64,000 bases of DNA from Lytechinus pictus (Eukaryota). Positions within the stretch are counted from its first letter, which is position 1; each line of letters starts with the position of its first letter. The notes below the pieces were generated by a model. That model did no database searches, was not told where the DNA came from, and saw only the letters and a program-made list of their open reading frames with translations. The stretch lies in the NCBI RefSeq assembly GCF_037042905.1, contig NC_087251.1, forward strand, positions 7,442,001 through 7,506,000. The letters are read 5' to 3'. The position numbers were made by a program, and so were the translations under genes. Shown here piece after piece: positions 26,372-38,409 of this stretch.

Positions 26372-29300
26372 CAGAGATGCCAACCTCCAAAAAGCAAAAA
26401 AAGTATTCTGAGAGGAAAAAAACAGTATTTTGATTTTAAAAAAAGTATTTTGTAAAATATAACGAAGCAAAACGACCGAACCGTGGCACAAAATTAAAAC
26501 AAGGCAAAAGCAATTTTGTGTCTCGCCCACTTATGAAAATGACCAGAAATATCGTGATTTGCGAGGGCACGCAAGAGAATTATATCGAAACTGCATTGTG
26601 AAATGACTGGGATGGAATAACACTTGTCATAAGAGCCTTACACGTAAACTTTAATGTTGACCTGAAAATGACCTTACCATGTGACCTCCGACTGCAGCAT
26701 AACATGCAGGTCCCCCAAGTCCATCTACCATCCAAGTTTGGTTGAAAAGCAACTTACGGATGCGGAGTTAGGTGTCATAAGAGAGTCTTGCATGTAAACT
26801 TTAACGTTGACCTGAAAATGACCTTTGACCTTACCATGTGACCTCTGACTGCAGCATAACATGCAGGTCCCCCAAGTCCATCTACCATCCAAGTTTGATT
26901 GAAAAGTGACTTATGGTTGGGTAGTTAGGTGTCATAAGAGAGTCTTGCATGTAAACTTTAATGTTGACCTGAAAATGACCTTTGACATTATCATGTGACC
27001 TCCGACTGCAGCATAACTTGCAGGTCCCCCAAGTCCATCTACCATCCAAGTTTGGTTGAAAAGTGACTTTCGGTTGCGGAGTTAGGTGTCATAAGAGAGT
27101 CTTGCATGTAAACTTTAACGTTGACCTGAAAATGACCTTTGACCTTACCATGTGACCTCTGACTGCAGCATAACATGCAGGTCCCCCAAGTCCATCTACC
27201 ATCCAAGTTTGGTTAAAATGCGACTTACGGTTGCGGAGTTAGGTATCATAAGAGAGTCTTGCATGTAAACTTTAACGTTGACCTGAAAATGACCTTTGAC
27301 CTTACCATGTGACCTCCGACTGCAGCATAACATGCAGGTCCCCCAAGTCTATCTACCATCCCAGTTTGGTTGAAAGTGACTTACGGTTGCGGAGTTAGGT
27401 GTCATAAGAGAGTCTTGCATGTAAACTTTAACGTTGACCTGAAAATGACCTTTGACCTTATGATGTGACCTCCGACTGCAGCATAACATGCAGGTCTCCC
27501 AAGTCCATCTACCATTCAAGTTGGGTTGAAAAGCGACTTACGGTTGCAGAGTTAGGTGTCATAAGAGAGTCTTGCATGTAAACTTTAACATTGACCTGAA
27601 AATGACCTTTGACCTTACCATGTGACCTCTGACTGCAGCATAACATGCAGGTCCCCCAAGTCCATCTACCATCCAAGTTTGGTTAAAATGCGACTTACGG
27701 TTGCGGAGTTAGGTATCATAAGAGAGTCTTGCATGTAAACTTTAACGTTGACCTGAAAATGACCTTTGACCTTACCATGTGACCTATGACTGCAGCATAA
27801 CATGCAGGTCCCCCAAGTCCATCTACCATCCAAGTTTGGTTGAAAAGTGACTTACGGTTGCGGAGTTAGGTGTCATAAGAGAGTCTTGCATGTAAACTTA
27901 ACGTTGACCTGAAAATGACCTTTGACCTTACCATGTGACCTCCGACTGCAGCATAACATGCAGGTCCCCCACGTCCATCTACCATCCAAGTTTGGTTGAA
28001 AATCGACTTACGGTTGTGGAGTTATGTGTCATTAAGTTTGTGACGGACGACGGACGGACGACGGACGACATTTGGATCCCTAAGTCTCGCCTTCACCTCC
28101 GGTGGGCGAGACAAAAAAGGGAATCACTGAAAATAATTATAAAAGAAGAAACAAAGAAAAAATTAATTAAAGAAAATGAAGGAAAAAAGAAAGAATGTTA
28201 GAATAAAAGAAGGATGAAAGAAATAATAAAGGAAAGAAGAAAGATTCCTTCATTCTTTGAAATAAATAAAACAGAAAAAAGGAAAGAAAAAGAAAGGAAG
28301 GGATGATGAATGAATGTTTGAACGAAAAAAAGGAAAAGAAAAAACATGGAGGATGAATGAAGAAAATAATTTTTTTTTTTAATTCCTTGAGAAAAAGAAA
28401 AGAAAACAGGAAGGGAGGGAGAAAGGAAGGAAGGGAATAGCAAAAAGGAAAAAGAATGAAATAAAGGATGAAAGAGAGGAAGGAAAGAATAAAAAAGGAA
28501 AAAAATAATAGGAGAGAAAGAAAAAGAAAAGGGAGAGGAAGGGAAAAGGATGCAAAGACAATTTTAAGAAATAAAAGAATGAAAGAAAAAAAAAAGAAAA
28601 AAAAAAAGGAAAGAATGAAGAAAATAAATGAACACAGAAAAAAGGAAGGAAAGCTAGGAAATAATATTAATAAGAAATAAATATAGATGGAATGGAAAAG
28701 GGAATTTAGAAAAGATAGGATGGAGAAAGAAGGAATGGAAAAGAAAAAGAAAAAGAAAGAGAAAAAATCAGGAAGGAAGATAAGAAAGAATAAGGGAAAG
28801 GAAAAGAAAAGGAACGGAAGGAAATAATGAAGCGAAAGAGAGAGTGAAAGCAAGAAAAGAATGAAAGAAAAGAAGAAAGAGGGAATGACAGAAAGAATGA
28901 AAAGAGAAGAGGAGAGGAAGGGAACAAAAAAAAAATAAGGAAAGAAAGAAGAAAGGAAATAAAAGGAAAGTAAGAAAAGGAAGGAAGGGAAGAACAAAAA
29001 ATGAACAGAGAGAGAGAAAGGATCAGGAAAGAAAGCTAGGAAAGATTTGAAATAAGATAGAACAAAAAAAGCAAGCAGGAAGGATAGAAGAAAGGATGAA
29101 GAAAAAAAGATAGAAAAGAAAGAAAATGAACGAAAGAAAGCAATAAAGAAAGAAATGAAGAAAGAATTAAAGAGGAAAAAAATTCAAGCTTCAAGCAAAC
29201 AAAACAAATGTAATCATCTAACAAAAATCTTACTGATATTTGTCTTTTTTATAATATATTTAAAAATTGTTAGAAAACTAAAATGTGTTAGAAACGAATA

Positions 29301-30249
29301 AAATTTCAAAGTGAAACATTGTCAAACTTTAATAAAATGAACATCGCGGCATCACACCATCTCTCTTCCCATTGTCTTGTCTTCTCGTTATCGGTGCGAA
29401 CACGATAAGACTCAATTTCACTCAAAACAAAAGCTGAAACAACTAGATCGATCTAGTAATTAAAACTCGATAACTTGCTCCTACGACTACATCACCAAAT
29501 CATTAATCTGAGGATCCATATATATGTAATTATAAAAATGTCCTGCCAATTTTGTGATTATTTTGTTTGAAAAACTGTTAATCATGTGAGATTGTTCACT
29601 TTGATTCAGAGTTTGCAAATCTCCTCAGATCATGCAAGCCTGCCACACACCACGCAGGCCAAGCCACGTGCGGCAGCTGGTACATGTACACTGTATGCTA
29701 ACTTTGCGTGTGTGTGTGTGTCTGTGTGTAGATCCGAGAAAATCAGGGAAAATGGCTTGCAGTTTGAATTGATCTGAGCTTTGTTTTTTTCTCTCTCTCT
29801 TCTGTATTTTTGCTTGTGAAATATGGGAGAACTTTGTAAACTTTAATCTTACACTGAGAAAGGGCATGACCAGTTTTGAAAAAGGGCACGTCGGCCAGGT
29901 AGAAAAAAAGGGCACAGCCTTTTTGGCCGTGAATTGATCACTTTTTGTAAAGGCATCACGGCCAGTTAAAGGGGCATCGACGGCCTGGCCGTCGATTAAT
30001 TTTATGGTATACCTTAATTTATGCCCTGCACAAAGCACCACCACATTGGGGATTTTTTATGCGTAATTCATTACCGCACTACCTATCGTAATGCACACTC
30101 ACCTTAAACACCCAGCTAGCTAAACACAATGCATATTGTACACGATCGAAATTTTAAGAAAACGTATTTTACAAAGAAAAAAAGTAACGCCGTATTTTGG
30201 GTGAAAAAACGTAACAAATACGGCAAAAACGTAACGGTTGGCATCTCTG
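26372..30249. mobile_element. Non-autonomous TIR element with a 6-bp TSD inserted in LINE ORF1
   Basis: Perfect 14-bp TIR cagagatgccaacc / ggttggcatctctg; TSD tgattt. Removing it restores EIRDIGEKSCVSKISPAKL. Confidence 0.9.
26497..28115. mobile_element. HINE-like element, family B, with 9 tandem ~157-bp units
   Basis: Subterminal IR gtctcgcccac / gtgggcgagac. Unit starts 26626, 26774, 26931, 27088, 27245, 27401, 27558, 27715, 27872; (gacg)n microsatellite. Confidence 0.88.
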
Positions 30250-31015
30250 TGATTTCTCACCAATATCTCTTATTTCTACTATCACAGATTTTTTCTTTTT
30301 TCTGATATTCTTTTTTTTTTAACATGACCCTTCTGTTTTTGAAACTTCCTTTCCTAACTCTTTTATCGTCTTCATTTATGATTATTGTATTTGCTTTTCT
30401 CTTTTGCTATCCACTTTTCACCGCTCCATTTCACTCTCATCTTCTGTAGAACTCTCTCTATCATTTGTATTATTGAGATGAGATTGGAATATACCTTGTT
30501 TTCTATTACTGCTTGGGGTATTCATTACATTACCAATTGCGGCTTGGTAAAATGCTTCTTTTCGCGAAGAAATATACGTCTCTTCCGTTTCCATCACCGT
30601 ACCCCTGTTTGGATAGTTTGAATATTATTAGAAGTACCGTGCTGGTTAGTTTACTGTAAATGTGCTTTTGAATTTCGCTACCAGGCTTCGAAAGAGTTGG
30701 TTCATAAGCTTCTCTGACTATCGATTTCAAATATTTGACACTTGTTGGATCAATATCTATAAGACTTTTGCTTTTGCTGAAAGAGTAGTATATTCCAAAT
30801 TCATGTAGATTCTAGATCTATTATATATCCACAGAAAATAAAGCTCAGATCAGCGTAGACAGGAATAACCACTCATCCTACGAACGAGGTTATATAGCCA
30901 ATATAACCTCGTTCTTGGTAGCATACCGTAGCATGGACAACAACAAAAAATTGACTATTTTTCTCCCCATCCCTCGCCCCAAGTATCACGACCTGATCGA
31001 ACTAGATCAAGTGTG

Positions 31016-31157
31016 TCCGGGGTTCGATCCTCGGGCGCAGCACCTATGCCCGTGAGCAAGGCATTTAATCTACAATGCACTTTTATCTTGCTTTCAAATA
31101 AATGGAAATGCTATATGCATTATTGGTAACTAGGTGTGCACTTGTTTTAAAAAAAAA
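31016..31157 (+). mobile_element. 5'-truncated copy of SINE family 1
   Basis: Near-identical to 770-911, from the B box to the A tail. Confidence 0.85.
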
Positions 31158-31806
31158 GTGAGATACTTAACATAACATTATATAATAATGATCACTCTAA
31201 GTAATAAAAATCAAATGGAAAATGAATAAAAACTCGATTTTTCCACCTCCGATGACCGTCACTCCTCTTGGCTCCTCTTGATTCGTTCAATAGTGTTTGA
31301 TAGTGACAAATTGAAAAAGAAAAAATATCACGAAACCATAGAGGTTCATCCACCCGGATGGACTAAACTCTACTCATGATGCATTCTGGTAAACATGTCT
31401 CGACAGGTTGGCAATTTTGTTTTCGTCTAGCTAGATAAACGTGTTTAAAGAATAAAAAAAGTCCAAATGGCTCCCCCCCAATCTATATTTCTAGTATGAG
31501 CAATATCCAGAGCATCATTTATCTGCTTTCCTTTTCTCTTACCTTTTCTTTCTTTTTTCTTCCTTTCTTTTATTTCTTCCTTTTTCTCAGTCTTTATTGT
31601 TTATTTCTTTTATTCTTGATTTCTTTACGGGTATTGTACTTGTACCCCTCCTTCGCTTTCGCCGCCCATGACAATAATAATTCTAGTGTTAAAACAAAAT
31701 AGTGAACAAAATATTGAGTGTCAGGTGAGAAAGACTAGTCGCTGGATCACAGAGCTTCATAATATTAAGCTTCACCAGTACAGGTAGAAGCTTATTTTAT
31801 CCACTC

Positions 31807-34274
31807 CAGGGTGCTACATAACTTTTTTGAAGCACTTGCCCGATCGGGCAAGTGAATTCCTAAATAGTTGGAAAATACTTGCCCGAAAATATATTTCACT
31901 TGCCCGAAAAAAATCTTTCAAAATGTTTTACTGCTTCAAAAGAAAGTAGTGCGGTTTTATCCATACCATTGCTTTTTCCTCTCATTTAAACATGAACTGG
32001 CCTGCGTACCATGTATTTGTAATATTTTTTTTTTTTTTTCAAAATTATTTTATCTTGCCTGCCATGACTGAAATTAGTGTCAATATGCCATTTTATTGAT
32101 TTCCTCTATCCTATTTTTTCATGTACTTTTGTATATGACCAAGGCACAAAATAAAAAAGGGAATCACTGAAAATGACTAAAGAAGGAAGAAAGAAGGAAA
32201 GAAGAAAGAACGAAAGAAAGAATGAAAGAAAGAAAAAGAGAGAGAGAAAGAAGAAAATGACAAAGGAAGAAAAAAGGAAAGGAAGGGAGGGTGAACAAAT
32301 GGGTGAAAGAAAGAATGAAGGAGAGAGAAAAAAGGAAAGAAAGGAGAATGAAGAAGAAAGAAGGAAAAATGAAGTAAAGAAAATGAAAGAAACAAGAAAA
32401 AATGAAAAGAAAGAATAAAATGAGGATGAAAGAAATAATAATATGAGGATGAAAGAAAGAATAAAGGAAAGAAAAAATCCTTTATTCTTTTAGATAAAGA
32501 AAAAAACAAGAAAGGAAAAAAAATCCTTTATTCTTTTAGATATAGAAAAAACAAGAAAGGAAAGAAAAAATCCTTTATCCTTTTAGATATACTGTAGAAA
32601 AAACAAGAAAGGAAAAGAAATGGAAGATTAATTAATGTGTGAAAAAAGGAAGAAAAAAAAAAGTTAAGACAAAAAAGGAGGATGAAAGAATGAAGAAAAA
32701 AAGGTTTCCTTCATTCTTTGGAAGAAAGAATTTAAAAAAAACATGAAGGGAGGAAGGAAAGAAATAAGAAGGGAAAAGAAAGAAGGAAAGAAGAAAATAA
32801 AGAATGAAATAGAGGAAGGAAAGAATGAAGGGAAGAGAGAAGGGGGAAAAAGAAAAAAAATACTGGAAGAAAAATTAGTAGGAAAGAGGGAACAAAAATA
32901 AAAAGGAAAGAAAGGATGAAGGAAATTAAAAAGAAGGAAATAAAAAAAAGGAGAGTAAGAAAAAGAAGGAAAGAAAGAAAAACCAATGAGGGGCATTAGA
33001 ACAAAAGAATGAAGAAAACAAATGAACACAGACTTAAAGAAAGGAAGGAAAGCTAGGAAATTATAGGAAATAAAGATAGATGGAATAAAAAGGAGTTCAG
33101 GAAGGATAGAAGAAAGAAGAAATGGAAAGAAAAAAAATCAGAAAATTCAGGAGGGAAAGAATAAGGGAAAAGAAAAGGAAAAAAGAATGAATTGAAGAGA
33201 GAGTGGAAGAAACAAAAGAATGGAAGAAGGAATGACAGAAAGAAAGAACAAAAAGAGGGAGGGAGCAAAGAATATTTTCAGGAAAGAAAGAAGAAAGGAA
33301 ATGAAGAAGGAAATTAAGAAAAGGAAAGAAAGAAAAATGAACAGAGAGAGAGAGAAAGGATCAGGAAACAAAGCTAGGAAAGAGTGAAAATGAAGAAAGA
33401 TGGAACAAAAAAGGCCAGCAGGAAGGATTGAAGAAAGGATAGAAAAGAAAAAGGACAGAAAGGAAGGAAGTAAAGAGGAAGAAAGTTCAAAGATCAAACA
33501 AATAAATCCAATCATCTATTTAACAAATATCTAACTGATATTTTTTTTTTTTTCAATATATCTTAAAAATTGTTAGAAAATTAAATGTTTTAGAATAAAT
33601 AATAATATTTCAAAGCAAGACAATGTCCAGGCCTGCAATGTCAAACTAAAAAAAATAGATGAATCATCAAGGCATCACACACACGCAGCTACAAGTTTGC
33701 ACTAATCACAAGACTTAAAACGAAAGCTGAAACAACTAGTTATGAAAACTCGATTACTTGTTCCTCCGATCACATCACCAAATCAGTAATCTGAAAATCC
33801 ATATATCTAATTATAAAAAGAATCCTGCCGATTTGTGATTATTTTGGTGGAAAAACTATTTTTCATGTGAGATTGTTCTCTCTGATTGATCGGGGATGTA
33901 CAGGTCCGGAGTGCAGGTGTGCACGGCCTGCCTTCATGCCTGCCACACACAGGAGGAAGGCCCGGCCACGTGCACCAGCTAGTACATGTTCCTATGCTGA
34001 CTTTGTGTGTGTGTGTCTTTGTGTGTAGATCTAAGAAAATAGCGCAAATCGGCTTGCAATATGAATTGAGGGAAGTTGTTAACTTTGTTTTTTCTCTATC
34101 TTTTCTGTATTTTTTCTTGTGAAATATGGGAAAACTTTGTAAAATTTCATTTCACAGTGAGAATTTTGCTTGCCCGATTCGGGCAAGCAGTTTTTGTTTT
34201 TACTTAAAAACACTTGCCCGACTCTAACTTTTACTTGCCCCGGGCAATCGGGCAAGCGCTTATGTCGCACCCTG
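31807..34274. mobile_element. Non-autonomous CAGGG TIR element with a GA-rich core
   Basis: TIR cagggtgctacataa / ttatgtcgcaccctg; 5-bp direct repeat cactc; subterminal cttgcccgatcgggcaag palindromes. Confidence 0.85.
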
Positions 34275-34835
34275 CACTCATTCAATGAACAAGGTATGAT
34301 ATATTTTATCCAGCTCTGTGGTCACCTCTGCGCTACCAGTAGCTTTCTTTTATTCAGCACAAGAGGGCGTGTTGCGGTACTTACGTAGGAGACTATGGGC
34401 CAGACGAGAATAATGACAAATTTCCTGATGATTTTACACGATTTTGAAAACAATCTTACAATCAAGGATGATATTTCACTCATTGGATATTGGAATCCTG
34501 TTTAAGTATTAAACCAAAATCTATGTTTGGGTCACCACAAAAATTGGTAAGTCAGACTCTTTTACTTTGCACATTCCTACAAAGAAATGACAGCGTTAGC
34601 GGCACTGGTCTCAGAACAGTCCCACCCTGTACCTTTCGCTGTATGGCGAATGGTCGGGGTGTACAAGTGGGAATAACCATCGTTTCTGGGGATTTATTTA
34701 ATGATTTCTGACATTTTACTATGCATTCTTGAGTGGAGCCAACGCAGTTCAGCGGAACAACCAAAATACAGAGACTGAAGCTTTTGGTCTAAGACTAAGA
34801 TCAGTGCAACTTTGTTGACTCGAGGAACTACGGTG

Positions 34836-37267
34836 CCAGGGGCCGATCGCACGAAAGGGTCTTTCCAAGGACCGTCTTTTGTGTCGCCCATCTTTTTTTA
34901 AGCGCTGTAGGCTATGCGCACTCATGGGATCAATTATGTCACATTAATTCATTAGTTTGTTTCCTATTTTTTTGCACTTTTTTCTTCTTCCTCATCTATG
35001 ATCAAAGGTGAATACCTTTTTTTTATATCTGTTCTAAAAGCTGGACATTTTAAATATTTTGTTCAAGTAAATAAATCAACAGGATAGTAATCAAAATGCG
35101 ATAGAGCTGCCCGAGCTGAAAATTCTGATACAAGGACTTGAAAATAAAACATTCTGAGCACTTTTTATAACCATGATGAGGAGACCTATATATATATATA
35201 TATATAGCCTATATATATATATATATATATGTACATGAAATAAGCTAACACGAAAAAAAGACGTTTTGGGGACTGTTAAATAAGAATTCATGAGTGGGAT
35301 AGGTAACTATCTATTCTATTCTTGTTCGTTTTCTATTATTATTTGTGTGTTGTGTTTATTTTTCTTGAAGCACCAAAAGGTGGACATGTCCGCTAAGATA
35401 TATTAACGAAGTCACCATTATTATCACAAGCTAACGGATCAAAATGCGAGCGTGAAACGTGAGCTTCTTTTTTTCTTAATTCAGTATTAACGATACTTTT
35501 TCATCATATTTTAAAGGTGAATCTCATGATTCAAAATGATAAATGCTTGTCGCACGGGCAGAAATAGCGGGACCAATAGTTATTTTCAATATTCCGAACT
35601 GCATTCTGGACGTTGTATAAGCGCCTTTGTATAACAATTAAAAGGGTAGGCCTATTTACCTTACAAATTATGCGAGCGCTGAACTTTTGGACATTTAAAC
35701 CTCAACAAATGGACATTTTTAAAATATGAACAACATCATAAATGTCACTTACAAAAATGATGCCAGCGCGAAGCTCGCGCTTAGAGTATTTGATATTGAT
35801 GACAGGACTGTATCTAAATGAAAAATAATGCGAGGGCATTTGCGCTTAAGATTTAAATTTGGGATTTGAAAAGTCCGACAGATTACCTATACTTTTAAAA
35901 GAGGAATGACCTCCAGAATTCAAGCGCGAAGCGCCAGTAGATTTATGTTGAAGTTTAGACCTAGAACAGGGACGTTGAACCTTTATAATCATGAAAAAGA
36001 TGGTATTTTAATAAATAAAACATGGCAGTCTAATTTTGTTTTAGTGTTAATATTCAGATCTTCAAACTTGACATTTTCCTATCCCCTTCATCATCCCCTC
36101 TCCTTCTCCCTTTCCCCATTTTCGTTCTCCCTTCTTTTCTTCTCTCCCTTTCCCTTCCCTTTTTCACTTTTCCTTTCCCTTCTTTAATTTCCTTTCTCCC
36201 TCCCCTACTCTTTTCTCGCTCTTTCCATTTTTCTTTCCCTCTCCCTTCCCCTCTTCCTTTCTTTTGTTTTCTTTCTATTTTATGGTCTCCTTTTCCCTCT
36301 CTCTCCTTTACCTTTCCCCCTCCCCTGATCTGTCTTTTCTTGTCTCTCCTTCCCTTTCCCGCCCCCTCCATTCCCTTTCTCGCTTTTTCCTTTCTCTTCT
36401 TTTCTTTCCTTTCTCCCTCCCCTACTCTTTTCTCGCTCTTTCCATTTTTCTTTCCCTCTCCCTTCCCCTCTTCCTTTCTTTCTATTTTATGGTCTCCTTT
36501 TCCCTCTCTCTCCTTTACCTTTCCCCCTCCCCTGATCTGTCTTTCATTGTCTCTCCTTTCCTTTCCAGCCCCCTCCATTCCCTTTCTCGCTTTTTCCTTT
36601 CCCTTCTTTTCTTTCCTTTCTCCCTCCCCTACGACTTGAATCGAGAATGTTCGATAGGAAAATTTCGCATTTCGATTGTTGTTTGCGTAATTTCCACCGC
36701 AGTATGAGGATGACCAAGGACGGATCGAACGAAGTATCCTGGTTGAGATTTGGAGGTAAGCGATAAAAACACCTTAATAAATAATTTATAATTCCTTTTT
36801 CAAATATACTTAAATCATACGATCAAGATTAACATAGTGGACAAATATTGAAAGGCTTGGCGTAGTTTAGTCCCTCACATTCGTGTGATGAATGAAAACG
36901 TCAAAATGCACTATGAAATCACATGTGTTGTGCGAGGTTAGTATACTAACCTCGCATGTTGTGTGAGTGGGCTATGCGGGATATTTCTGAAATGTATGAT
37001 AAACAAACAAAAAAAATTTGCTAGCATTTATTTATATCAATTTGTATACTGTGACAATTTCATGATATATCACATCATTTATAAACAAAGATTTTGTTTA
37101 CATTGACCGTTAACGCCAATAACGGATGAATAAATATGTTTGCAGGTAATTTATTTCAAAATCAAATGTGTTTCACAAGGCGCATCATGACATTAATTAT
37201 ATCATAATAAATGGGCGACACAAGACGGTTCTTGCAAAGACCTTAGCTTTCGTGCAATCGGCCCTGG
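34836..37267. mobile_element. Element with ~55-bp imperfect TIRs, containing a ~210-bp CT-rich tandem duplication (36100-36630)
   Basis: ccaggggccgatcgcacgaaag...accgtcttttgtgtcgcccat versus atgggcgacacaagacggt...ctttcgtgcaatcggccctgg. Confidence 0.7.
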
Positions 37268-37931
37268 AGCTACATCATTAGTATACTAATGCCTCCTTAA
37301 ATTATTGAAACGTATTGAAGCATGAAGGAAGCTGACAAAATTAGAAGATAGACCTGGAAGCTCGACTGCTAATTCAGCATTCTTCCAGTATTTGCGGTAA
37401 GGTAAGGTAAGGTAATACTAACCTCGCAATATACGTGTGAGTGCATCATCATCATCACACGCACTCTGGGGCTACACCGCTATTCCAACGCGTGTTGGAA
37501 AAGTCGACGCCAGACGGGTACATTTTGGCCTTGAATTTCCAGCAAATTCATATAAATTACGGCCTAAATTTAGGTCTAACTTATTCATTATATACTAATT
37601 TCTTAATTATAATGTAAAATGGGTACTCACGGGTTCTTTTCTTTCCAAATTTTGTGTTTTCATCGCCTCTTCTGGCCAACTCTTGCGATGGCTGTTGTCG
37701 CCATAGGATCCTGTACATGCAAATCCAGGGCGAGTTGTCACATGACGCTCGCGAGTCTCTAGGGGTAATGGCCTTTAATCAAGGCGTTCTTTTTGCTATA
37801 ATTTTATAATGACGCTTAAATATCGAAATCAATGTAGACGAGTCTGTGCAGGGGCATAACAGGGGTATATAAGAGGGGGCATAGCACATGTCGCGTGTGG
37901 AAGATAATAGTTACGTAATGTAAGTCCCGAG

Positions 37932-38115
37932 CACTAGCGTACCTAGGGGGGCAGTCTGCCCCCCCCCCCCCGATGAGTCACAAACCCATGCAAATTACGT
38001 ATCTCTGCCCCCCCTGACGAGCTTGAAGACCTTTTTTTTTTTTTTTTTTTTTTTGCTTGTCAAATTTTTTGGCGGCCGATTTTGCCCCCTGTGGAAAATC
38101 CTAGGTACGCCACTG
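37932..38115. mobile_element. Short hAT-like MITE (same family as 42644-42886)
   Basis: Shared body cacaacccatgcaa...cccctgacgagcttgaagacc and end ggtacgccactg. No clean TSD. Confidence 0.75.
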
Positions 38116-38409
38116 CCCGCACTACATGCATGTTGGTAGCACTGGGACCTCTGGATATTAACTAATCCAATTTAATTACAGATGGCAGATTTTTTTATTA
38201 TCTGAGTAGATCCCCCCCCCCCCCGGATTATTTGTTCTCACATGACTTTCCTTCCATTTTACATTTCCTTTCGTTCTTTCTTTCTTTCATTTTTTCTTTC
38301 TTTCTTTCTTCCTTCCTTTGCTCTTATCATGTTTTTTTTCAGGTGAAATCCACTCGGGGGATGGCCAGCCATGCCCCCATCTGTTTACGCCTCTGAGATG
38401 TAGGCTATA

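Larger units (their letters stand above)
13574..30880 (-). mobile_element. Decayed non-LTR retrotransposon with RNase H (I-group, Nimb/I-like), split into 7 pieces: ~30256-30880, 25060-26371, 23147-23400, 20440-20811, 18623-20055, 15514-15740, 13574-14170
   Basis: ORF1 CCHC knuckles (RCQKCQQFGHIQKNC). APE motifs ILQWNA, LQETWF, GGIAIYV, GDFNSH, GSDH. RT motifs YRPISLTS, QAGFR, DLEKAY, GTPQGSVISP, YADD. RNase H start IYTDGSK. The domains are colinear on one strand, with stops and frameshifts. Confidence 0.92.

Noticed and set aside
25841..26530. 229-aa zinc-knuckle ORF as a nested cellular gene
   Set aside because: It is LINE ORF1, frameshifted at ~25840, with its N-terminus supplied by an inserted element.
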